Of a stretch of 64,000 nucleotides of DNA, positions 29,635-37,581 are shown one piece after another. Made by a program: the position numbers and the translations under genes. The DNA lies in contig CAWJGT010000004.1 in NCBI GenBank assembly GCA_963842525.1, positions 206,082-270,081 of the forward strand, written 5' to 3'. This DNA comes from an uncultured Holophagales bacterium (GTDB lineage: Bacteria; Acidobacteriota; Thermoanaerobaculia; Multivoradales; UBA5704). Position 1 is the stretch's first letter; every line of letters begins with the position of its first letter. Below the pieces are notes generated by a model. The model worked only from the letters and a program-made list of their open reading frames with translations. It searched no databases and was not told where the DNA came from.

Positions 29635-31290
29635 TCAAGCCGGCCGGCGGCGCGCCAGCAGCAGCGTCCGGTCATCAGCGAATGGGATGCCGCCAGCGAA
29701 CGCCTCCAGGTCGTCCGCAAGAGCCGCTGCGATCTCTTCACAGCTCGCTGACCGGTGCCGGAGACAGGCTGCGGTCAGCCGCTCCAGGCCGTACTCCTCG
29801 TCATCAGGATTCACCGCCTCGACGAGCCCGTCCGTGTAGATCACCAGCATGTCCTCCGGGCCGAGGAGCGTCTCGGCCAGGCGGTACGGCGCGGCGACGA
29901 GGAGCGCGATGGGGATGCCCGTCGGCCCCAGCCGTTCCACCTCGCCCGTAGCGCGGACGAGGAGGGGCGGGTTGTGGCCGGCGTTGGTGTAGCGGACGAT
30001 GCCGCTCGCCGTCTCGAGCACGGCGACGAAGGCGGTGGCGTACTTCTCGGGCGGTGTGCGGCGGTGGAGCTGGCGGGAGAGCCGGTCGCAGATCTGGTCG
30101 GGCGGCAGGCCGTCCTCGATCGGTCCGGCGGCAAGGGCTTCCAGGCTCGCCGTCAGCAGAGAAGCCGCCATTCCCTTGCCGGCGACGTCGGCCACCAGGA
30201 GGACGCACTCCTCGCCGGAGCGCCGGACGAGGACCTGGTAATAGTCGCCGGACACGCCGCGCGAGGGGACCGTGCCGCCGTGGAGCTCATAGCCGGCGAC
30301 CTCCGGCAGGTGGTCGGGGAGCAGGGCGAGCTGGATGCGCCGCGCCAGCGCCACCTCCTCTTCGAAACGTCGCCGCTCGGCTGCTTCGAGCGCGAGGGCC
30401 GCGTTGCGCAGGTGGAGAGCAGCGACCGAAGCGAGAGAGATGAGGAGGTCCATGTCCTCCTCGGTGAACTGCCGTACCAGGAGGCGCGAGTCGAGCGCGA
30501 TCATTCCCAGCGGACCCTCCGGGCCGAGCATGGGGGCTGCGACCAGGCTCCGCACGCCGAAGATCCGCAGGCTCTGGGCCTGTGAGAAACGCTGGTCGGT
30601 CTGCACGTCGAGGACGAGGGCCGCCAATCCTTTGTCCGCGACCTCACGGACCAGGCTGCGGGAGCAGGGCAGCTCCTCAAGGGTGCCCACAGCGGAGCGG
30701 CTGGCGGCACGCCGGTGCCCGCCGCCGGCGGTGCGGAGAAAGATGGCGCCGCGCTCGGGCCGCAGGTGGTCGAACACCCGGTCGAGGATCAGCTCCAGGA
30801 GCTCGTCAAGGCCGAGCGACCGCCCCAGGGCCTGGTGGACCTCGTTGACGAGCCGTAGCCGCTCGGCGTAACGACGCAGGGCCTCCTCACCCTCGACTCG
30901 GGAGGGGTCCCGCGAAGCGTCGTCGAGGATGTCCGCGGCCCGGCGGAACACGGTCGCACCGTCCAGCGGAGTCTCGCTTTCCTCGGCTGTTTCCGGCGCA
31001 TGGAGCGTGATCGTGAAGTCGGAGATCCGCACCACGTCTCCCGGACGGACCGGCGTGGCGCTCCGCACAGCCTGGCCGTTGAGCAGCGTGCCGTGCCGGG
31101 AGCCCAGGTCCTCGAGGAACAGCTCCGACCCGCTGCGAAAAAGCCGCGCGTGCTGGCGGGAGAGCAACGGATCGGCGAGCACCAGCCCGGCATTCGTAGA
31201 ACGGCCGATGACGAGCGATTCGCCGTCGAAGAGCTGCTCAAATGGGGAGCCATGGGCCGGGGCGACCTGGAGACGGAGCATCGGCGTCAC
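29635..31290 (-). CDS. FHA-GAF-PP2C (SpoIIE/RsbU-type) phosphatase
   Basis: IGRS...SRQHA...DLGSRHGTLLNG (FHA), GAF region, SGDYY, ADVAGKG, YTDGLVEA, DDRT. Confidence 0.92.
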   Translation of the reverse strand: MTPMLRLQVAPAHGSPFEQLFDGESLVIGRSTNAGLVLADPLLSRQHARLFRSGSELFLEDLGSRHGTLLNGQAVRSATPVRPGDVVRISDFTITLHAPETAEESETPLDGATVFRRAADILDDASRDPSRVEGEEALRRYAERLRLVNEVHQALGRSLGLDELLELILDRVFDHLRPERGAIFLRTAGGGHRRAASRSAVGTLEELPCSRSLVREVADKGLAALVLDVQTDQRFSQAQSLRIFGVRSLVAAPMLGPEGPLGMIALDSRLLVRQFTEEDMDLLISLASVAALHLRNAALALEAAERRRFEEEVALARRIQLALLPDHLPEVAGYELHGGTVPSRGVSGDYYQVLVRRSGEECVLLVADVAGKGMAASLLTASLEALAAGPIEDGLPPDQICDRLSRQLHRRTPPEKYATAFVAVLETASGIVRYTNAGHNPPLLVRATGEVERLGPTGIPIALLVAAPYRLAETLLGPEDMLVIYTDGLVEAVNPDDEEYGLERLTAACLRHRSASCEEIAAALADDLEAFAGGIPFADDRTLLLARRRPA

Positions 31291-31448
31291 CGCAACCCTT
31301 CGACCAGGTAGAGCTCGGAAAGCAAACGGCCATAGGTGTAGGCGACCGCCTTGGCCTCGCGGGCGCGGTAGACCTCTCCCATGCCGCCGGAGCCGAGCGG
31401 CGCAACGATCTCGTAGCAGCCGAGACGGGTACCGGGCGAAATGGTCAC
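31287..31448 (-). pseudogene. Ser/Thr kinase gene reduced to fused N- and C-termini (53 aa)
   Basis: MTISPGTRLGCYEIVAPLGSGGMGEVYRAR (kinase Gly-loop) joined in frame to KAVAYTYGRLLSELYLVEGLR*. Confidence 0.75.
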
Positions 31449-31499
31449 AGGGGGCACCGGAAAGAATAAATCAGATGCTAATACGAGGGGGTTGAAGAA

Positions 31500-31702
31500 G
31501 CCGACCCCCTTGGTGACCGCGGGCGCGGCTACCGGCCCGGGTGCGGAGACCGGGTCGGGTCGGGGGGTCGGCGCATCCGCGGAAAGGAATCCCACGGCGA
31601 TGGCAGGTTCGAACGCGCAGGGCTCAACCGGAGGTTGAGGTACCCGCGCGCCGGAGTCCGGCGATCGTCCGCCCCCGGCTTGTGCGGGGCCGGAACGACC
31701 GG
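31500..31702. other. Intergenic segment with three consecutive stem-loops (possible structured RNA or leader)
   Basis: gccgaccccc/gggggtcggc; cgcgc..ctcaacc/ggttgag..gcgcg; gcccc/ggggc inside a further stem. Confidence 0.3.
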
Positions 31703-31759
31703 CCATGTATGCATGGTACTCCTATCGCAGAGATCTCGCAAATCCCCGTGCCAAAATTC

Positions 31760-32110
31760 TCAATGGACCCCGACCGCTGACATGTGCCGGCAGGACTCGG
31801 CGCACTGGCGGCAGGTCTCCGCGCACTCCCGCATCCGGGTGTCGTTGCCCAGCCGCTCACAGTCCTCGGCGCAGCGCTCGCAGACCTCCGCGCAGGCGCG
31901 GCAGGTCTCGGTGTGCAGCTCTGAGCCCCGGACCATGAAATTGGCGCTGGTCTGGCAGATCTCGACGCAGTCGAGCAGCAGCCGGATGTGCGCCGGCTCC
32001 GCATGGGCTCCCCCCTTCTGCAGGCAGTAGCCGACGGTCGACAGGCAGACGTCGTGGCACTCCTGGCAGAGCTCGATGCAGCGCCCCATCTCCTGGGATG
32101 AATGGGCCAT
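31760..32110 (-). CDS. Four-helix-bundle copper-storage protein (Csp3/DUF326-like)
   Basis: 116 aa with 16 Cys in CxxC/CxxxC arrays, GGAHAEPAH motif, GGAGG RBS, no signal peptide. Confidence 0.9.
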   Translation of the reverse strand: MAHSSQEMGRCIELCQECHDVCLSTVGYCLQKGGAHAEPAHIRLLLDCVEICQTSANFMVRGSELHTETCRACAEVCERCAEDCERLGNDTRMRECAETCRQCAESCRHMSAVGVH

Positions 32111-32245
32111 GGTGGTACCTCCTTTGAATCCTGGCCGGTTTCTTCCGGACGGTTCCAGGCACAGAATCTGTGCAAGCCGCGAACCACATCCCGGCTGAGG
32201 GCCAGGGGTTGCCCGGGAGCCGAAAGGCACAGGAGAATGCAGGGC

Positions 32246-33154
32246 ATGAGCGCTGGGCACGGGCACCACCACCGGCATCACCACGGCCGGGCGAGCCGGA
32301 ACCGGCGGCGCCTCCTCCTGACGCTGGCCCTCACGGCGGTCTACATGCTGGCCGAGTTGGTCGGCGGGCTCGTCAGCGGGTCCCTGGCCCTGCTCGCGGA
32401 CGCGGGGCACATGCTGTCGGATACCGCGGCCCTCGGCTTGTCCCTGTTCGCCATGTGGGTGTCGCAACGTCCGCCGACCCCCCGGCGCACCTGGGGCTAC
32501 TACCGGACCGAGATCCTCGCCGCTCTCGCCAACGGCGCGACCCTGGTGGCGATCTCCGTGTTCATCCTGCTCGAAGCGTTCGAAAGGCTGCGCAACCCTC
32601 CCGAGGTGGACGCCCCCCTGATGATGGCCATTGCCGGGGGAGGCCTGATCGTCAACCTGCTCGGCCTCTACGTGCTGAGCGGTGGCCGGTCGGAGAGCCT
32701 GAACGTGCGGGGGGCCTGGCTGCACGTGCTGACCGACGCCCTGGGTAGCGTGCAGGCCATCGCCGCCGGTGTCCTGATCTGGGCCTTCGGATGGAGTTGG
32801 GCCGACCCCGCCGCCTCGATCCTCATCGCGCTGCTGGTCGTCTACTCGGCTTGGGGCCTGCTGCGCGAGACCGTCAGCGTCCTGATGGAGGGGACGCCGC
32901 ACCACATCGACGTCGACGAGGTTCGCGACGCGCTGATGGAGGTCCCGGAGGTCATCGGGGTTCATGACCTCCACTGCTGGACGATCACCAGCGGCATGGA
33001 GTCGCTGTCCGCCCACGTCGTCGTGGAGGAGGGATGCGCGGAGTGCGCCAAGCTGGTGGAGGTCCGCGCCCTGCTCCACAACCGCTTTGGGATCGACCAC
33101 CTGACGATTCAGATCGAGTCCGAGGAGTTCGAGGAGCACGGGCTGCACGCTTGA
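32246..33154 (+). CDS. czcD: Cation diffusion facilitator (CzcD/ZitB-like)
   Basis: His-rich N-terminus, SLALLADAGHMLSD, HVLTD, VHDLH and HLTIQIE. Confidence 0.9.
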   Translation: MSAGHGHHHRHHHGRASRNRRRLLLTLALTAVYMLAELVGGLVSGSLALLADAGHMLSDTAALGLSLFAMWVSQRPPTPRRTWGYYRTEILAALANGATLVAISVFILLEAFERLRNPPEVDAPLMMAIAGGGLIVNLLGLYVLSGGRSESLNVRGAWLHVLTDALGSVQAIAAGVLIWAFGWSWADPAASILIALLVVYSAWGLLRETVSVLMEGTPHHIDVDEVRDALMEVPEVIGVHDLHCWTITSGMESLSAHVVVEEGCAECAKLVEVRALLHNRFGIDHLTIQIESEEFEEHGLHA

Positions 33155-33176
33155 ACGGTAAGATGGGGACACGCCC

Positions 33177-35135
33177 ATGCGCCCGCGTCTCCAAAGGCAC
33201 CTGCCCGCCCCGATCCTCCGGACGCTTGTGATCCTGGCGGTCCTGGCGCCTCCAGCCTTCGCGCAGGAACGGACGCTCTACTGGCCCGAGATCGCCGTCC
33301 AGGCCCGCCTGGACGCCGACGGGCGCCTGCACGTCGCCGAACGGCAGACCATGGTGTTCACCGGCGACTGGAACGGCGGCGAACGCGAATTCTTCGTAGG
33401 GATCGGACCCAAGCTCGACTTTCAGAAGCTGTCCCGGATCGACCCCGGGACGGGGGAGGCGGAGCCGCTCGTCGAGGGGGACCTCGACCAGGTCGACCAC
33501 TACGACTGGACCGACGGCTCGACGCTGCGCTGGCGGAGCCGTCTGCCTACGGATCCGCCCTTCGACCGCACGCCGATCACCTACCTCCTCGAGTACACGA
33601 TTTCGAACGCGATCTACCGGGATGGCGACGTCTACTATCTCCGCCACGACTTCGCCTTTCCGGATCGGGTCGGTGTCATTGAGCGGTTCGTGCTCGACCT
33701 CGACTTCGATCCAGTCTGGCAGCCACGCGCCGGGATTCCCTCGCATCTGGAGAAAAAGAACCTGGAGCCCGGGCAAAGCGTCATCGTGCCGGCGGCCCTG
33801 GAGCGGTCTCCGGGAGCGCCGCGGCTGTTGGCAGTCCGCGCGGTCACCCCGGCGCCGCTCCGCGCCCTCTTCTTCCTCGGAGCCCTGGCGGCCATGGCCT
33901 GGCTTTATCTCGACTTCCGCCGGCACGAGGCGGGCCTCGGCCGGTATGAGTCGCCGGACGTCCCGGAGCGGCCGGACCCGGAGTGGCTGCGGGAGCACCT
34001 GTTCGACCTGCGGCCCGAGGAGGTCGGCGCCCTCTGGGACCGCAAGGTAGGGCCGCCCGAGGTCGCGGCTACCCTGGCGCGCCTGGTCGCGGAGGGGAAG
34101 CTCGCGAGCGAGGTCGTGCGCCGCGGTCTGCTCTTCAAGAAAGAGGCCCTCCGGCTGCGGCGGATCGCGCCACTGCACGAATTCGTGGGCTACGAGCGCC
34201 ACCTGATCGAAAAGCTGTTCTTCGGCGGGCGCGCCGAGGTCGACACCGACGAGATTCGGGCGCACTACCGGAAGACGAAGACCGGCCTCGATCCTGCGTC
34301 GCTGATCGAGAAGGAGCTGTGGCAGCGCCTGGAGCGGCAGCCCGACGTCCGCAAGACCACGCCGAAGCCGGGCTGGCGCCGCTCCCTGTTCCTCCTGCTC
34401 GCAACGCTGGCTCTGGTGGGGCTCGACGCGATTCCGCAGTGGAAGCAGACGCTGGTCCTGGCCGCGATCGTGATCTTCGGAGTCACCTGGCTCTACGTCG
34501 GAGGCATTCTGGCGGCTTTCTCCTGGCGCCACCGCACCGAGCGACTCGATGTCGCCTCCCTGGGCTTTCTGCTCCCCGCGCTCGGCGTTTTCGGGCTCGG
34601 CGTGCTGGCGAGCTTTTACGCCGACTGGTTTTTCGAGCCCGGCAGGATCTTGCCGCGCATGGGCCTCTTCGGCAACCTCGCTCTCGCCCTGCTGCCGGTC
34701 ACGGTCCTGAGCAGCCTGCTCCACAACGCGCGGACGCGGGAGAGCCTGGAAGGGATCCGCCACCGGAAGGTCCTGGCCGCGATCCGGCGCTGGCTCCGCC
34801 AGGAGCTCGCCCGTTCGGAGCCCGACCTGCGCGATGAATGGTTCCCCTACCTTCTTGCTTTTGGCCTCCAAAGCGAAGTCGACCGCTGGTTCCGGGCCTT
34901 CGGCGGTATGACGCAGAGCACAGGTTCTTTCTCTGGAGGCGGCTCCTCTTTCGGCGGCTCGGGAGGAGGGGGCTGGACCGGAGGGGGTGGCTCGTTCGGC
35001 GGCGGCGGAGCCACCAGCTCCTGGGCCGCCGCCGCCACCGGCCTGGCGGCGGGCGTCTCCGCGCCCAGCTCCAGCGGCGGGGGAGGGGGTGGTGGAGGCG
35101 GCAGCTCGGGTGGGGGTGGCGGCGGAGGGTGGTAA
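33177..35135 (+). CDS. DUF2207-family membrane protein
   Basis: Signal peptide, DG.LHV.E N-terminal domain, PYLLAFGL, C-terminal GGSFGGGG...GGGGGGGW. Confidence 0.85.
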   Translation: MRPRLQRHLPAPILRTLVILAVLAPPAFAQERTLYWPEIAVQARLDADGRLHVAERQTMVFTGDWNGGEREFFVGIGPKLDFQKLSRIDPGTGEAEPLVEGDLDQVDHYDWTDGSTLRWRSRLPTDPPFDRTPITYLLEYTISNAIYRDGDVYYLRHDFAFPDRVGVIERFVLDLDFDPVWQPRAGIPSHLEKKNLEPGQSVIVPAALERSPGAPRLLAVRAVTPAPLRALFFLGALAAMAWLYLDFRRHEAGLGRYESPDVPERPDPEWLREHLFDLRPEEVGALWDRKVGPPEVAATLARLVAEGKLASEVVRRGLLFKKEALRLRRIAPLHEFVGYERHLIEKLFFGGRAEVDTDEIRAHYRKTKTGLDPASLIEKELWQRLERQPDVRKTTPKPGWRRSLFLLLATLALVGLDAIPQWKQTLVLAAIVIFGVTWLYVGGILAAFSWRHRTERLDVASLGFLLPALGVFGLGVLASFYADWFFEPGRILPRMGLFGNLALALLPVTVLSSLLHNARTRESLEGIRHRKVLAAIRRWLRQELARSEPDLRDEWFPYLLAFGLQSEVDRWFRAFGGMTQSTGSFSGGGSSFGGSGGGGWTGGGGSFGGGGATSSWAAAATGLAAGVSAPSSSGGGGGGGGGSSGGGGGGGW

Positions 35136-35205
35136 GGAGGACGCAGGGCTCTCCATTCTCGTAGAATGATCGGAAGGGCTGCCTAGCTAGGCGCAGGCCA
35201 TACCG

Positions 35206-36462
35206 ATGAGCCACCCGATTACCGAGGAGAGCCTGAGGCGCTTCGCTGCGAGGACCGCCTCTCCGGAGGAGGGCCGCACAATTGTGGCCCATCTTCTGAA
35301 GGGATGTTCGTCTTGTGCGAAGCGGCTGAGATCCCTCGAACGACCTGGTATACCGGATGGTGCTTACGATGCGATGTTCGCTCGATTGGAGAGAGCTTCT
35401 GCTTCTCACGGATCTACGAAGGTTCCGGGGGCCGCGGGGAATTCGAGAGAGCTGCTGGCCGAGTTGGATGCTCAACCTGAGGCTCGCCAAGAAATCCTGG
35501 TACGCAACAGCCGCCGGTACTGGTCCCCTGAGCTCGCCGAGTTACTGTGCGAGCGCAGCTACTTTCGACGCTTCGAAGACCCGCGGAGGGTGCTGCATTG
35601 GGCTCGGCTGGCCGTGCTGATCGGGGAGCATTTCGAAGAGCCGGGCTCCAGCAGAGAGGCACTCGCGGACGTGAGGGCACTCTGCTTCGCTCAATTGGGC
35701 ACTGCGCTTCGGATTTCGGGTGATCTAGAGGCCGCTGATCAGTCCATGATGACCGCGCGAAATTGGATGCGTCGAGGGACTGGCAATGCAGAGCTGAGGG
35801 CCAAGATCTATGGGCACCTCGCGTCCTTACGGACTAATCAATTCCGTTGCAATGAAGCCGAGCATCTCTACGCTCAGGCTGCTGAGATCTGGCGGGATCT
35901 GGGCAAGCCGCACATGCTAGCTAAAATCCTGATAGGACAGGCGATCGCTGTTCTCTACCGAGGTGACCCGGATAGTGCCCTCTCGCTCCTCATGGAGGCA
36001 ATGCCCAAAATCGACGGTTCCAATGACCCTCGTATGACGTTCGCTGCGTGTCACGCGGTGATTCGATGCCAGATCGAGCTCGGTCAAATAGAGGAGGCCT
36101 CGCTCAGATGGGTGGAGTTGAGGTCCCTTTACAGCAGGCTTAAAGATCCCATCCTGCACACCCGTGGGAAGTGGCTCGAAGGAAGGCTCATGATCGGACA
36201 AGGGATGATTTCCGCAGGCTTGAAACTCCTACAGGATGCGCGCGAGGAGCTGGCGCAGAAGGGACTTGAGTACGATGCTGCCCTCGTCGCCCTTGAAATC
36301 GCTGGCAGCTACATGGGACTCGGCCGGTCGGAGGAAGTGCGGCGTCTTTTGGCCGAGATTCTCCCGGTTTTCAGGAACCGCAAAGTCGAACGCTCGGCAC
36401 TCGCCTCGGTCCTCTTTCTTGGAAGAGTAGTGTCATGCGTTCCTTCAGCCTCTTCTCCCTGA
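35206..36462 (+). CDS. TPR protein with an N-terminal HLLxGCxxC (zf-HC2-like) domain
   Basis: HPITEESLRRF...AHLLKGCSSC, TPR-like helices, KWLEGR...DAALVALEIA. Homologous to 45539..46885 and visibly AT-richer than its flanks. Confidence 0.8.
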   Translation: MSHPITEESLRRFAARTASPEEGRTIVAHLLKGCSSCAKRLRSLERPGIPDGAYDAMFARLERASASHGSTKVPGAAGNSRELLAELDAQPEARQEILVRNSRRYWSPELAELLCERSYFRRFEDPRRVLHWARLAVLIGEHFEEPGSSREALADVRALCFAQLGTALRISGDLEAADQSMMTARNWMRRGTGNAELRAKIYGHLASLRTNQFRCNEAEHLYAQAAEIWRDLGKPHMLAKILIGQAIAVLYRGDPDSALSLLMEAMPKIDGSNDPRMTFAACHAVIRCQIELGQIEEASLRWVELRSLYSRLKDPILHTRGKWLEGRLMIGQGMISAGLKLLQDAREELAQKGLEYDAALVALEIAGSYMGLGRSEEVRRLLAEILPVFRNRKVERSALASVLFLGRVVSCVPSASSP

Positions 36463-36565
36463 TAAGTCGGCAAGCTTCTTGCTCTTATCCCTCTCCGAGA
36501 CGGAAGCCGCTGGAGGACAGCGGCTCCGGGAATCGCTGGCGGTGCGGCGCCAGGGGAGGGATGCT

Positions 36566-36841
36566 ATGAATCATCCGGTCTCGGAACACAGTCTGCAACG
36601 CTTTGCCGAGGGGACCTCTTCGTATGCGGAGAGCCGCTCGGTTGTCCTCCATCTGCTACAGGGCTGTCCGGAGTGCGCGGGTGCGGTGCAGTCCTACCTG
36701 CGTCCCGAGGTTCCGGCCATGGCCTATGACAGGGTCTTCGATCGGCTGCAACGGGTCCAGGAGGGCGCCAAGCTGTTGACCTTCCACAAGCCGCAGGCCC
36801 CGGCGCCGCGGCTTGAACGGCGATCGCGCGTCCGTTCGTGA
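36566..36841 (+). CDS. Small stand-alone HLLxGCxxC domain protein
   Basis: MNHPVSEHSLQRFAEGT...HLLQGCPEC...AYDRVFDRL aligns with the first ~65 aa of 35206..36462; GGAGG RBS. Confidence 0.75.
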   Translation: MNHPVSEHSLQRFAEGTSSYAESRSVVLHLLQGCPECAGAVQSYLRPEVPAMAYDRVFDRLQRVQEGAKLLTFHKPQAPAPRLERRSRVRS

Positions 36842-36880
36842 TCTGACACGATCTGACACACCGACGTGACACGTCCGTCA
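36840..36880. promoter_or_regulatory. TGACAC repeats, putative operator of the downstream TA pair
   Basis: GATCTGACAC twice in tandem, a third TGACAC at 36867 and an inverted GTCA at 36877. Confidence 0.4.
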
Positions 36881-36925
36881 GGTTGGAATCTGGGTTACGA
36901 TGCGGGCCTGACGGGAGCCCCTGCC

Positions 36926-37156
36926 ATGGCCCATCTGGTGCTGCACGACGTCGATCCCAAAGTCATCGAGGAGCTGCGCAAGCGGGCTGACCCGCACGGC
37001 CGCTCCATTGAGGACGAGGCGAAGGTTGTCCTCGAAGAGTCTCTCGGCGTGTCGCGGGCACGGGCGCTGCGCGCGGCGCGGCGCATCCGGGCTGAGATCC
37101 CCGGCCCGTTCAACGACAGCGCCGAGCTTCTGCGGCAGGACCGGGACCGCCGCTGA
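36926..37156 (+). CDS. FitA-like RHH antitoxin
   Basis: MAHLVLHDVD...LRKRA..HGRSIEDE...DSAELLRQDRDR; stop overlaps the toxin start. Confidence 0.85.
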   Translation: MAHLVLHDVDPKVIEELRKRADPHGRSIEDEAKVVLEESLGVSRARALRAARRIRAEIPGPFNDSAELLRQDRDRR

Positions 37157-37581
37157 TGATCCGCCATTACGTCGTCGACGCCAGCGTGGCGGCCAAGTGG
37201 TACTTCCAGGAGGAGCATTCGGACCGCGCCGATGCCCTCCTCGAGCAGAGCAACGAGATCCTCGCGCCGGACGTCCTGCTCGTCGAGGTCGCCACCTTGG
37301 CCTGGAAGCGGGTCCGGCGCGGCGAGATCAACGAGGCGACGGCGGACCGCATCGTCGCCGAGCTGCGCAAGGTTCCGTTCAACCTCCGGCCCACGGCCGA
37401 GCTGGTCTCGGCGGCCCTCCCCCTGGCTCTCCAGAACAGCCTGACCCTGTTTGACGGCTTCTACATCGCCCTCGCCGTCCAGTCCGGCTGCCCTTGGATC
37501 ACGGCGGACCGGCGCCTCTATGATTCCCTGCGCAACGGTCCGCTCGCCGAGCACGTCCTCTGGATCGGCGACTTCGCCTGA
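37156..37581 (+). CDS. vapC: PIN-domain VapC toxin
   Basis: VVDASVAAKW, E, FDGFYIALA and ITADRRL. Confidence 0.9.
   Translation: MIRHYVVDASVAAKWYFQEEHSDRADALLEQSNEILAPDVLLVEVATLAWKRVRRGEINEATADRIVAELRKVPFNLRPTAELVSAALPLALQNSLTLFDGFYIALAVQSGCPWITADRRLYDSLRNGPLAEHVLWIGDFA

Noticed and set aside
31600-31625. tRNA or tmRNA suggested by GGTTCGAA
   Set aside because: There is no T-stem closure, acceptor stem or cloverleaf around the motif.
31760-33154. Novel metal-resistance system
   Set aside because: Csp3-like and CDF genes are well-known families, and nothing beyond their divergent arrangement is unusual.
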